Source: Prochloraceae cyanobacterium
GTDB lineage: Bacteria; Cyanobacteriota; Cyanobacteriia; Cyanobacteriales; JASJDA01
Direction of reading: 5' to 3'
Length of the DNA: 57,248 bases
Assembly (NCBI GenBank): GCA_030065265.1
Contig: JASJCW010000003.1
Location: 1-57,248, forward strand
Positions 9,852 to 19,585 of the stretch are shown here, piece after piece. The first letter of the stretch is position 1; every line of letters begins with the position of its first letter. Below the pieces are notes generated by a model. The model worked only from the letters and a program-made list of their open reading frames with translations. It was not told the origin of the DNA and did not search any database. A program made the translations under genes and the position numbers.

Positions 9852-9912
9852 GCGATACCACTGCTTGGTGCTCCCGACGTATCTGAGGTCTCCTCAGATA
9901 CGGAGCATCCGC
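9852..9912. repeat. Nested GC-rich hairpin insertion beginning at a HIP1 half-site, inside the IS left region
   Basis: GCGAT-ACCActgctTGGT-GCTCC[cgaCGTATCTGAGG tct CCTCAGATAC]GGAGC-ATCCGC. Confidence 0.55.
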
Positions 9913-9960
9913 TTATTGTACTAACCCGAGCGAAAAAGATTCATCAGGTGTATAATTGAT

Positions 9961-11283
9961 TTGTTATTGATGAAGTTTTTCTGGGTGAAGCAAGCAATTA
10001 CAGCAAAACTAAAACTAGATTTGTCTGACGACCAAAAACAATTGGTTAGACAGACGACTTTAGCTTATCGTGATGCGCTAAATTATGCTTCTCGTGTTGC
10101 TTTTGAGAATAACAAAATCTCTTCAGGAGTAGCTTTACAAAAAAAAATCTATAACGATTTACGGTGTATTTATGGCTTACCAGCACAAATGTCTTGTAAT
10201 GTTCCGAGACAAGTAGGTGCTACATATAAATCATTGTGGACTAAAGTTAAACAAAATGCAGCAGCCATTAAATCTGGTAGAACCAAGAAAAGATATAAAG
10301 GTTTAGACAATCGCCCTAAATTTGTATCTAGAACCTGCACTTTAAATTACAAAAGGGATTATTCTTTTGTCAAAGGCAAAGTTAGTTTAATTACTTTGTC
10401 TGGAAGAATCAAAGTGCCTTACTCAGGTTATTACAAACATTTGGAATTAATTAAATCTGGGGCAAAAATAGGTGCAGCTAAAATCTGGTATGATAAACCC
10501 AAAAAAACTTATTACTTATTGGTTAGTCTAGATTTAGAGATCTCTCAATTAAAACCTGAAGAGATTAAAGAGGTCAAAGGTGTTGATGTTGGACAGCGTT
10601 ATTTAGCGGTTGTAACTAATACTAAAAATCAAACTCAATTCTTTTCTGGCAAAAAAATTAGACATCATGCTAACAAGTATCATAAAGCCAGAAAAAGACT
10701 ACAGCAGAAAGGCACTCGTTCAGCCAAAAGAAGGTTAATTTCTTTGTCTGGAAGAGAGAGACGGTTCACTGCTGCGGTTAATCATCAGATTAGCAAAAAA
10801 ATAGTTTCTCCTCATACTTTGATTGGATTAGAAAATCTTAAGCATATTCGCGAAAGAACTAATCGCAGTAGCAGCAAAAAAGCGAATAGAAATCAGTCTA
10901 AATGGGCTTTTGCAGAATTACATGGATATTGTGATTATAAAGCAATATTGTCTGGTTCTCTGGCGGTAAAAGTGCCAGCACAATTAACAAGTCAGTGTTG
11001 TCCTAAATGCGGTCATTTTTCTAAACAAAATAGACCAAATAAAGGACTAACATTTAGATGTGTCTCTTGTAATCACACTTTGCATTCCGATCTAGTTGGA
11101 GCGAGAAACATAGCACTAAGAACGTTGCTCTTGAGGCAAGACTTTGAGAGTACGGGGCGAATTTCAGCCGTCCCTGATGTGTCGCACGAAGAAACCAAAG
11201 CTAAATATCTTCCGAGGTATTTAGAATTGAGGTGGAGTGCAGATACAATCCCTGACTTCAAGCGACGCGAGGAGCTAAGTTAG
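9961..11283 (+). CDS. tnpB: RNA-guided endonuclease TnpB; likely start GTG at 9985
   Basis: KQAITAKLKL N-terminus, RuvC-I GVDVG, RuvC-II IGLENL, Zn finger CPKC...CVSC, RuvC-III HSDLVGARNI. Confidence 0.92.
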   Translation: MLLMKFFWVKQAITAKLKLDLSDDQKQLVRQTTLAYRDALNYASRVAFENNKISSGVALQKKIYNDLRCIYGLPAQMSCNVPRQVGATYKSLWTKVKQNAAAIKSGRTKKRYKGLDNRPKFVSRTCTLNYKRDYSFVKGKVSLITLSGRIKVPYSGYYKHLELIKSGAKIGAAKIWYDKPKKTYYLLVSLDLEISQLKPEEIKEVKGVDVGQRYLAVVTNTKNQTQFFSGKKIRHHANKYHKARKRLQQKGTRSAKRRLISLSGRERRFTAAVNHQISKKIVSPHTLIGLENLKHIRERTNRSSSKKANRNQSKWAFAELHGYCDYKAILSGSLAVKVPAQLTSQCCPKCGHFSKQNRPNKGLTFRCVSCNHTLHSDLVGARNIALRTLLLRQDFESTGRISAVPDVSHEETKAKYLPRYLELRWSADTIPDFKRREELS

Positions 11284-11358
11284 GGTAGTTGAATTGCGAT
11301 CTCTCAGATAGCATTTTTTTAGAGATTTTATTTTTTGTAACTGTAGAGTTTCGGGAAA

Positions 11359-12504
11359 ATGAGTAAGTGGAAATTTTCTTATTTACTGTTTCGAGCTTCA
11401 TTTTGGATTGGAGCGTTATTAACAGGAGGTATTATTTTTTCTATTACCCCTACTGCCAAAAAATGGGCTATCTTAAGCAAAATTGAATTTTTGCCCGTAT
11501 CTTCAGAAATATGTTTCAGATCGCAAACAATGAAGAAATACCTTCAACATGGTGGAAATCCAAACGCTGAAATAATAACGTTCTTTTCTGATTCGGGGAT
11601 AGTGCGGATTTCTTTACTCGAGTGTGCAATTGAAATGTCTAACACCCGAGGAATAGAACTTTTAATTCCTTATATTGCCGATGTTAATGCCAAACAAAAA
11701 CAAGGCAAAACTATTATATACTGGGCGCGATCGCCCGAGATAGCAGAGCTGTTAATTGCCAAGGGCGCAAAGCTTAACGTTACCGACTTTAAAGGAAAAA
11801 CTCCACTACACGACATTGCAAGATTTTCGAGACAAGAGAAAACAGTAAAACTGTTAATTGCTAATGGTGCTGAAGTCAATGCTACTGACATTGATGGCAA
11901 GACTCCTTTGTATTATGCGTTAGGGCAAGGAAAAGAAGATGTAGCAAAACTGTTAATTGCTAATGGTGCTGAAGTCAATGCTACTGACATTGATGGCAAG
12001 ACTCCTTTGCATTACGTATCTCAGGGTGGAGATAAAGATGTAACAAAACTGTTAATTGCTAATGGTGCTGAAGTCAACGATACTGACATTGATGGCAATA
12101 CCCCTCTATATTTGGCTGCATGGGTACATCAAAATGAGAAGATAGTAGAAATATTGATTGACAACGGAGCTGATATTGATGTCAAATCAGAATCGGGTGC
12201 AACCCCCTTATTGCTTGCTGCCTCATATTCAAGGTACAAAACAGTAAAGCTGTTAATCGCTAAAGGAGCTAACATAGATGCTACAGACTCAAAAGGTAGG
12301 AATGCTCTACATTATGCCGCCAAAGCTATTGATAATCTGAAACTAATAGAGTTGCTAATTGCTAATGGGATAGATATTAATGTTAAGGATGACCTCGGTA
12401 AAACTCCGTTAGATTATGCTCTAGCCTCCAAAAAAAACGATCGCATAATAGAACTCCTCAAAGCCGATCGCAACACGAGCCTAAACCTCATTTTTTCTCA
12501 GTAA
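11359..12504 (+). CDS. Membrane-anchored ankyrin repeat protein
   Basis: N-terminal hydrophobic segment plus about 8-9 repeats of G.TPLH/Y...LLIA.GA.VNA.D. Confidence 0.9.
   Translation: MSKWKFSYLLFRASFWIGALLTGGIIFSITPTAKKWAILSKIEFLPVSSEICFRSQTMKKYLQHGGNPNAEIITFFSDSGIVRISLLECAIEMSNTRGIELLIPYIADVNAKQKQGKTIIYWARSPEIAELLIAKGAKLNVTDFKGKTPLHDIARFSRQEKTVKLLIANGAEVNATDIDGKTPLYYALGQGKEDVAKLLIANGAEVNATDIDGKTPLHYVSQGGDKDVTKLLIANGAEVNDTDIDGNTPLYLAAWVHQNEKIVEILIDNGADIDVKSESGATPLLLAASYSRYKTVKLLIAKGANIDATDSKGRNALHYAAKAIDNLKLIELLIANGIDINVKDDLGKTPLDYALASKKNDRIIELLKADRNTSLNLIFSQ
11847..12105 (+). repeat. Three 99-bp-period intragenic repeats
   Basis: 64-bp block AAAACTGTTAATTGCTAATGG...GACTCCTTTG identical at 11847 and 11946, near-identical at 12045. 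Confidence 0.9.
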
Positions 12505-13234
12505 ACTTTAAATAAGATTCGCTCAACTCTTTAACAGCCAAACGATACAACTTTTCACCATGTTCGGGAGTTGCCAAAGCAGGATTAGATCCCATTCTAC
12601 CATCGGGATAATTACGACGAAATTGGGCAGCACTGCGAATCGGATAGCCAGAAGGCACATCTTTAGCCAGATCGGCTTGTTTGATCGCTTCGGGATAGAG
12701 AAATTGAGTTACCGCAACTTCGCTGGGTGTAGCGTGAGATCCTTCTTCATCGCCATATAGTTCTTTAGCTAACTTATAGACCGATCGAGACATAAACCAG
12801 TTAGCTGTCTGACATTTTACCTCTTCAGCCCCCGCTAAATTTAAATAAGAAATGCGATCGTAAGTTTCAGAAAATGCCGCTTTAAGCGTAGCAATATTTC
12901 CCCCGTGACCGTTAATAAAGAAAAATTCTCTAAATCCTGCTTTTGTCAAACAAGTAACATAGTCTAGAATTACTTGTATTAGGGTAGTAGGACGCAAGCT
13001 AATCGTGCCCGGAAAAGCAGTATGGTGTAAAGCCATACCCACATTAATTGTCGGCGCAACCAAAGCATTCGCACTCTCACCTACCCCCTTAGCGATCGCT
13101 TCCGCACAAACCGCATCAGTCCCGATGATTCCAGTCGGGCCGTGCTGTTCTGTAGAGCCGATCGGGACGATTATTCCACTATTTTGTTTAAGATAAGTTT
13201 CAACTTCTTGCCAAGTACATAGATGTAAGAGCAT
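12488..13234 (-). CDS. Creatininase / creatinine amidohydrolase family protein
   Basis: PIGSTEQHGP, INGHGGN and GSHA..E motifs. Confidence 0.9.
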   Translation of the reverse strand: MLLHLCTWQEVETYLKQNSGIIVPIGSTEQHGPTGIIGTDAVCAEAIAKGVGESANALVAPTINVGMALHHTAFPGTISLRPTTLIQVILDYVTCLTKAGFREFFFINGHGGNIATLKAAFSETYDRISYLNLAGAEEVKCQTANWFMSRSVYKLAKELYGDEEGSHATPSEVAVTQFLYPEAIKQADLAKDVPSGYPIRSAAQFRRNYPDGRMGSNPALATPEHGEKLYRLAVKELSESYLKFTEKK

Positions 13235-13633
13235 AATTAGCCAACTTGAATTATGTTATTTCAAAGTTTATTTAGATAGCAATTAGAAAATAGCTCCATA
13301 ATTTAAACTTTAAATTTACTATTTTAAGATACAAGACGGGCTAAAATATGTTTGAACGAGCTAAAAAGATTAAAGAATTACTAAGTAGTTACAAAAAGTA
13401 GCAAAAATTGAAAAATACTTAGCTTAAATAATATACAAATAAAGTAATCTAGAATCGATCTCTGCAAAAATAGTTTTCGATCTAGATAAAAAAATATCCC
13501 CGATTTGAGGGATGTTCGTTGGGAATATAAATTAAGCAATAAATTGAAGTCTTCAAAAAAGTTCTTCAATTAAAATGAAATTACCATTGTTTGACGGTAT
13601 ATTTTGCTCAAAATCTCACAATAAATTACATTC

Positions 13634-14389
13634 ATGCTATCTTTTGACGTGGTTCAAAATCCTTCTCCTTCGGAACTAATTCACAACAATCGCATTTTAG
13701 TTGTGGAAGACGAAGATTTAATTCGAGATATGATTGCCATCGCTTTAAAAGAAGAAGGTTATGAAGTTATTTGCGCCAGTAACGGGCAAGAAGCTCTTAA
13801 CTTACTTCAAACCCAAGAAAGCGATCGCGTCAACTCCTTGGTGAGTTTGATCGTTTTAGATTTAATGTTGCCTCAAGTTAATGGTCTAGACATTTGTCGT
13901 TTATTGCGCTATCGCGGCAATATCGTCCCGATTTTGATTCTTTCAGCTAAAGCTAGCGAAACCGATCGCGTTCTCGGTTTAGAAGTAGGGGCCGATGATT
14001 ATTTAACTAAACCATTCAGCATGCGGGAATTAGTCGCTCGCTGTCGAGCCTTAATTCGTCGCCAAAACTATACGACCAATAACTCGAACGCGACGGTACA
14101 GCAATTTGGCGATATTGCTCTTTTTACTGAAGAATGTCGGGTCATAGTTCGCGGACAAGAAGTCAGTTTATCTCCAAAAGAGTTTCGTTTATTAGACTTA
14201 TTTATGAGTTACCCTCGTCGAGTTTGGTCTAGAGAGCAATTAATAGAGCAAGTTTGGGGGCCCGATTTTTTAGGAGATAGCAAAACCGTAGACGTTCACA
14301 TTCGTTGGTTGCGCGAAAAACTCGAAGAAGATCCTTCCCATCCAGAATATTTAATTACAATAAGAGGCTTCGGTTATAGATTTGGTTGA
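13634..14389 (+). CDS. sphR: Phosphate regulon response regulator SphR/PhoB (OmpR family)
   Basis: Receiver domain plus winged helix (KTVDVHIRWLREKLE, GFGYRFG); adjacent to a kinase and phoU. Confidence 0.85.
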   Translation: MLSFDVVQNPSPSELIHNNRILVVEDEDLIRDMIAIALKEEGYEVICASNGQEALNLLQTQESDRVNSLVSLIVLDLMLPQVNGLDICRLLRYRGNIVPILILSAKASETDRVLGLEVGADDYLTKPFSMRELVARCRALIRRQNYTTNNSNATVQQFGDIALFTEECRVIVRGQEVSLSPKEFRLLDLFMSYPRRVWSREQLIEQVWGPDFLGDSKTVDVHIRWLREKLEEDPSHPEYLITIRGFGYRFG

Positions 14390-14412
14390 ATAAAATCTAA
14401 ATTTAAAATCCA

Positions 14413-15765
14413 GTGACTTTTATTGTATCGATCGCCATGATAAGTATGATTGTCGGCTTATTTTTATGGAAACATAAATGTTCTAAAGTTATTTTGCGGC
14501 CGATTATAAATCTATTAACCCTACCTTTCAATTCTTTGCTCAATAAGAGTTTTACGGGTCGCGATCGCCGATATCAAGCCCTAGAGCAACAATTGCTGAT
14601 TTTGCAAGACTCCTTGGATAAAGCTCCAATCGGATATTTGCTCTTAGATGAAGAAAATCAATTGCTTTGGTGTAACGAGCAAGCCAGAAAACTATTAAGT
14701 ATAGACGATCGATGGCAACCCGGAACAACTCGTTTTTTATTAGAGTTAGTGCGCTCTTACGAATTGGATCGGCTCGTAGAAGAGACCCATCGCACCAAAA
14801 TCAACCAAACTAGAGAATGGAATTTTTATCCGAGCAATTACAATTTAACAGCTAAAAATACCCTAAATAGTAAAACAGCCATTCCCCTCAAGGGTTTTGC
14901 AGTTCCACTCGATTCAGATCGAGTTGCCGTTTTCTTAGAAAATCGGCAGTCCTTCGTCGAACTGTCTCAATCGCGCGATCGCGCTTTTTCCGACCTCGCT
15001 CACGAATTTAGAACCCCACTCACTGCGATCGGCTTAGTTGCAGAAACTTTACAAAAAAGATTAAAAGATCCAGAAAGTAAATGGCTCGAACGAGTTCTCA
15101 CAGAAATCGATCGCTTGATGCATTTAATTCAAGACTGGCTCGAAATAACTCAAATTCAGGAAAATCCCCTACAGAATTTAAATTACGATGCTCTCGATCT
15201 GCCAGAATTAATTTTTTCTGTTTGGATGACGCTCAAACCGATTGCCAAACAAAAAGAAGTAAAACTGGCTTCCTTGGGGCTAGACAAATTAGAAATCCAA
15301 GGCGATCGCGCCCGTTTAACTCAAGTCTTTTTAAATATATTAGATAATGCGATTAAGCACAGTCCCGAGCGGGGAACAATTGAAATAGAAATTCGCCGCA
15401 TCTCTCGAGAGATAGACGAGCGAGCAGATTCTTCCGACAGTTTGGAATACGTTCAAATCGATATTATCGATAGCGGCCCGGGTTTTTCAAAATTAGATCT
15501 GCCTCACGTTTTCGATCGTCTCTATCGAGGAGATCCGTCTCGAGTTAGAGAAAATTCATCGACTACTCCCCAACCCCAAGACTCACAATCTACTAAATGC
15601 GATCGCACCTCTGGAAGTGGTTTGGGTCTTGCCTTAGTTCGCGAAATTGTTAAAGCTCATTGTGGTTTAATTGAGGCTCGAAATCATCCCAAAACTGGAG
15701 GTGCTTGGTTGCAAGTTTTATTACCAATCGACAAATTTGAACGAGATCCGACTATCGAAAAATGA
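14413..15765 (+). CDS. sphS: Phosphate sensor histidine kinase SphS/PhoR
   Basis: LLELVRSYELD, DLAHEFRTPLT, NILDNAIKHS and GSGLGLA motifs; operon context. Confidence 0.85.
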   Translation: MTFIVSIAMISMIVGLFLWKHKCSKVILRPIINLLTLPFNSLLNKSFTGRDRRYQALEQQLLILQDSLDKAPIGYLLLDEENQLLWCNEQARKLLSIDDRWQPGTTRFLLELVRSYELDRLVEETHRTKINQTREWNFYPSNYNLTAKNTLNSKTAIPLKGFAVPLDSDRVAVFLENRQSFVELSQSRDRAFSDLAHEFRTPLTAIGLVAETLQKRLKDPESKWLERVLTEIDRLMHLIQDWLEITQIQENPLQNLNYDALDLPELIFSVWMTLKPIAKQKEVKLASLGLDKLEIQGDRARLTQVFLNILDNAIKHSPERGTIEIEIRRISREIDERADSSDSLEYVQIDIIDSGPGFSKLDLPHVFDRLYRGDPSRVRENSSTTPQPQDSQSTKCDRTSGSGLGLALVREIVKAHCGLIEARNHPKTGGAWLQVLLPIDKFERDPTIEK

Positions 15766-16153
15766 TTGTTAAATGCTTAGTTGCCAATTTTAAATATTAT
15801 TGTATTGGAACGCACAATTACGCGAACTTAATGTATTGGAACAGTTTTTTTAGTAAAAACGTAATATAATTTACTTTGAAAGCAAATCTGTTTTGTCTTT
15901 TAGTCAATAATAATTTAATTATTGTCGTTTGTTTTCAAAAACAATGTTTTATTCAGCTTAGACTTGTATTTTGGTCGATTTATTGTAGTTTAATTGAATC
16001 AGCTACAATCTAAAACTCTAAATTCAATCCACAAACTTCGTTTTCCTACTTTAATTAAACTAAATATATCCAAATCTTACGATCCGATCGAAGATTTATT
16101 TTGATAAATTTTTATCTTTAAAATACTAAAACTGAGAAAGGAGCTAGTAAACC

Positions 16154-16846
16154 GTGACAATAAGTAATAATCTTTCAATTAATTTATTTTCAGTAAATAA
16201 AAACTCAGATCGCTCGGCACTCAGTCGCTCCATTCGTCGCTTAGAACAAGACGTTTTGCGGATGGGTACATTAGTAGAAGAATCTTTTCGTTTAGCTTGT
16301 CAGTGCTTGTTCGATCGCAATTTGGATGCTGTCAAAAAAATAGCCGAACTAGAAGCAAGAATTGACGAATACTATCGTCAAATCGAATCAGACTGCGTTA
16401 ACATCATTGCTCTGAAAACTCCTGTAGCCAGAGACTTAAGGCTTTTAAGTGCCTACATGCAGCTAATTATCGACTTAGAAAGAATTGGCGATTATGCCGA
16501 AGAAATAAGTCAAATTGCCGTTAAACTTTTCTCCTATCCCGCTCACGATTGTTTGAGTGAAATTGAAGAAATGTCCGATCGCACTCAATTGATGTTAGCC
16601 ACCAGTTTGTTAGCTTTAACTGATATGGATGTCAGTACCGCAAGCAATCTCAAAACCCTAGACAATATAATTGATAAAGCTTACGATCGCCTCTATCAAG
16701 TTTTAGCCTATCAAAAAGATATTAAAGGAGTAGTCGAGCCGATCCTACTTTTAGGCTTATTAATTTGTCATCTCGAAAAAACAGCAAGTCACGCAGCTAA
16801 TATTGGCGAACGAGTTTCCTTCATTGTGACCGGAGAAAGGAATTAA
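16154..16846 (+). CDS. phoU: Phosphate signalling protein PhoU (SphU)
   Basis: VLRMG.LVE, PVARDLR, DLERIGDYA and NIGERV.FIVTG motifs. Confidence 0.92.
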   Translation: MTISNNLSINLFSVNKNSDRSALSRSIRRLEQDVLRMGTLVEESFRLACQCLFDRNLDAVKKIAELEARIDEYYRQIESDCVNIIALKTPVARDLRLLSAYMQLIIDLERIGDYAEEISQIAVKLFSYPAHDCLSEIEEMSDRTQLMLATSLLALTDMDVSTASNLKTLDNIIDKAYDRLYQVLAYQKDIKGVVEPILLLGLLICHLEKTASHAANIGERVSFIVTGERN

Positions 16847-17042
16847 ACTTTTTTGTTGAAATTGCCCATTTCTAGCTCGATCCACCTATCTTGAGAATAA
16901 AACAAAATATTCCCCACTCGAGTGCAAAATATTGCCAAAAACCAAATACCATCTAGAAATTCCGACATTGATAATTTTCAGTAGCAGAAACTACAATAAA
17001 TAGCGAGAAATAGCTATTTAAAAACTCGGGGAAGAGATAGGA

Positions 17043-19274
17043 ATGAACCTCAAAAGGCGAAATTTTCTAATTTTTTTAGGAGCAAGTTTGGGAGGCACTG
17101 TATTAGGCAATGCTAATACAAAAAATCACTTGCCATTTTCCGAACCAGCCACAGCAGCAAAATTGCTAGGGAGGCTAAACTTTACCCCTGTAAAAGTACC
17201 AGTACCCTTAAGCATAGATTCCATAACTGGTAAAGCAAGTGGTAAAGCGCAAAAATTAGCTTATCAAACGTATCAAGTCAAAGACGACCTAATTTTGCCA
17301 GAAGGTTATACCTACAACGTTATCGCAGCTTGGGGCGATCGCCTTGGGGATTCTCGTTTTGGCTACAACAACGATTATCTATCGTATTTAGAAACAGAAC
17401 CCGGACAAGGCTTTTTAACCGTCAATTTTGAATATATTAGCGGCAAAACCTGGATGGAAACATATGCCCGGGTAATCGGCAAAACACTACCTTTCGGTGC
17501 TGTAAAAACCGCTTTAGCAGAGCGCGACGGAGAAATTAACGCCTTTGGACTCCCAGAAGGAAATCCCCTCAAAGAACAAATTAAAGAAATAGCCAAAGAA
17601 GGCTTGATCGATCAAGGACTAGGCATTATTTCGATTAGAAAAAATCGAGATGGAAATTGGGAAAGAACCTATTCAGCGAGCGATCGCCGCATTACCGGAA
17701 TCTCTGGTTTAGAAGATAACCGCTACCTCAAAGCAACCGGCCCGGGCGTCTCAGTGTTCGTTAAAAACAATAAAAAAGGCTATGATGACGGACTGGCAAA
17801 TAAAATAATCGGCACGTTTCAAAATTGTGCCGGAGGAACTACCCCTTGGGGTACGGTATTGAGTGCGGAAGAAAACTTTCAAGACCAAGTTCCCGAACCA
17901 GTCATGGCCGACGGTTCTTCCTTAGATCCCAGTCAAAAACCCTTCATTCTCAACGATAAAGAAGTAGATGGCAGAGCAAACGTATTTGGTTTAGCAGGCA
18001 ATAAATACGGCTGGATGGTAGAAGTAGACCCCACCAACCCCCAAGACTACGGCACAAAACACACTTGGTTGGGCAGATATCGCCACGAAGCTTTTGGCTT
18101 GCGAGCAGTTCCAGGTAAACCCCTGGCCGTTTATTCAGGATGCGATCGCCGGGGCGGACATTTATATAAATTCGTTTCCGACAATAAAGTTAGCGACCTT
18201 AAATCTAAAAGTAACTCCCGCTTATTTGACGACGGGATGTTATTCGGAGCAAAATTCAATCCCGACGGAACTGGCACTTGGATCGCCCTAACTCCTTATA
18301 CTCCCCTAGATCCAGTTTTACCCAGCCAAGTAATCGGTAAAAACGGACAAGGAATGGTACCCCTTCCCAACCCCGATCGCCAACAAGGGGGCATAGTTAA
18401 AATTACCAGCGATGAAGCAGCAAAGAAATTCAAACAACAATTCTCCAGTCTCGGCGATCTCTATGAAGGTAATTTGATTGAAAAACAAGGAGCAATTTTA
18501 ATCGACGCTCATTTTGCGGCCAATGCAGTCGGGATTACTTGTACTGCACGCCCCGAAGACACTCAAGTAACAGATAACGGCAATCTTTATATTACTTTTA
18601 CCTCCGGTTCTCCAGGTAACGATGGCGGCCCCGATAAACGGATTTTTAGAGGGCCCAATGGCGAAATTCCCCACGAATACGGTTGGATAGTTCGTTTAAT
18701 TGAAAACGACCTCGATCCTGCTGCAACTGGCTTCCGTTGGGAAATCGTGGCGATCGGCGGCGAACCAGCTCGAGGTGCGGCCGGTTTTGCTAACCCCGAT
18801 AACTTAGAAATCGACAGACAAGGAAATATTTGGCTGCTCACGGATATTTCCACCAGCAGACAGAATAAAGAACTGATCTCTCGCACTGAAAACGGTCAAC
18901 CAGTCAGTCAAAGTTCGGTTTCTGGAGTGTTCGGCAATAATTCAGCTTGGGTGATTTCTCCTTACGGTATTAATGCAGGCCAAGCTTATCCTTTTGCGAT
19001 CGGGCCGATGGAAACAGAAATGACCGGGCCTTTTTTCACCGAAGATCAAACGACTCTATTTCTTTCGGTGCAACATCCTGGAGAAAGAAACGGAATCAGA
19101 CGCAACATGAATTCTGAAATCCGTCAATTTGAAATGGAGACCACCGACGGCGAGACATTTCGCCAAAATCGAGAAGTTCCGATCGGATCTAACTGGCCTG
19201 GCAAACAAGTTAACGATCCCCCTCGTCCTGCGGTTGTGGCAATTCGTCGCGCAGACGGGCGATCGATAAGTTAA
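17043..19274 (+). CDS. phoX: PhoX family alkaline phosphatase (DUF839), Tat-exported
   Basis: Twin-arginine KRRNFL; NCAGG.TPWGT.LS.EEN, GRYRHE, NPDNL, E.TGP and SVQHPGE motifs. Confidence 0.9.
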   Translation: MNLKRRNFLIFLGASLGGTVLGNANTKNHLPFSEPATAAKLLGRLNFTPVKVPVPLSIDSITGKASGKAQKLAYQTYQVKDDLILPEGYTYNVIAAWGDRLGDSRFGYNNDYLSYLETEPGQGFLTVNFEYISGKTWMETYARVIGKTLPFGAVKTALAERDGEINAFGLPEGNPLKEQIKEIAKEGLIDQGLGIISIRKNRDGNWERTYSASDRRITGISGLEDNRYLKATGPGVSVFVKNNKKGYDDGLANKIIGTFQNCAGGTTPWGTVLSAEENFQDQVPEPVMADGSSLDPSQKPFILNDKEVDGRANVFGLAGNKYGWMVEVDPTNPQDYGTKHTWLGRYRHEAFGLRAVPGKPLAVYSGCDRRGGHLYKFVSDNKVSDLKSKSNSRLFDDGMLFGAKFNPDGTGTWIALTPYTPLDPVLPSQVIGKNGQGMVPLPNPDRQQGGIVKITSDEAAKKFKQQFSSLGDLYEGNLIEKQGAILIDAHFAANAVGITCTARPEDTQVTDNGNLYITFTSGSPGNDGGPDKRIFRGPNGEIPHEYGWIVRLIENDLDPAATGFRWEIVAIGGEPARGAAGFANPDNLEIDRQGNIWLLTDISTSRQNKELISRTENGQPVSQSSVSGVFGNNSAWVISPYGINAGQAYPFAIGPMETEMTGPFFTEDQTTLFLSVQHPGERNGIRRNMNSEIRQFEMETTDGETFRQNREVPIGSNWPGKQVNDPPRPAVVAIRRADGRSIS

Positions 19275-19316
19275 TTCTCTTATTTTCCTAGAGACGTTTC
19301 CCCAACCATCCATAAT

Positions 19317-19388
19317 GCAGAGGTCACAAAGGTAGTTACTATGCTGCTACGGATTTTTATCCTAATTTTGACCTCTGCTAGTTTTTTG
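19317..19388 (+). terminator. Branched hairpin with T-tract after phoX
   Basis: GCAGAGGTCA...TGACCTCTGC 10-bp stem followed by TAGTTTTTT. Confidence 0.5.
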
Positions 19389-19473
19389 TATTTCTAAATT
19401 GATATTTTCTGAAAGTAGCCTCGATACCAATTCCCCAAAATAACCCTACAGCTTAATTTTCCCAATCTTTTAC

Positions 19474-19585
19474 CTCTTCCCTTTTGCCCCTTGCCTGCTT
19501 GACTCTTCCCTTTTGCCCCTTGCCTGCTTGACTCTTGCCTATTGACTCTTGCCTGTTGCCTCTTGCCTGTTGCCTCTTGCCTATT
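19474..19585. repeat. STRR-type heptamer array (CTTGCCT/GTTGCCT) including an exact 29-bp duplication
   Basis: 19474-19502 is identical to 19503-19531, followed by TTGCCT/TTGACT heptamers. Confidence 0.85.

Larger units (their letters stand above)
9786..11292 (+). mobile_element. IS200/IS605-family (IS1341-like, tnpB-only) element; ends approximate
   Basis: Left-end hairpin CGGGCT..TCCCCA..TGGGGA..AGCCCG (9786-9830); right-end hairpin CCCTGACTT..AAGTTAGGG followed by TAGTTGA; tnpB inside; no tnpA. Confidence 0.75.

Noticed and set aside
9961-11283. Nuclease-dead TnpB (TldR) or Cas12f system
   Set aside because: The RuvC D-E-D residues are intact, IS-type end hairpins are present and there is no CRISPR array.
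15861-15874. GTA-N8-TAC upstream of phoU
   Set aside because: Lacks the T/A flanks and a correctly spaced -10 box; expected by chance in AT-rich DNA.
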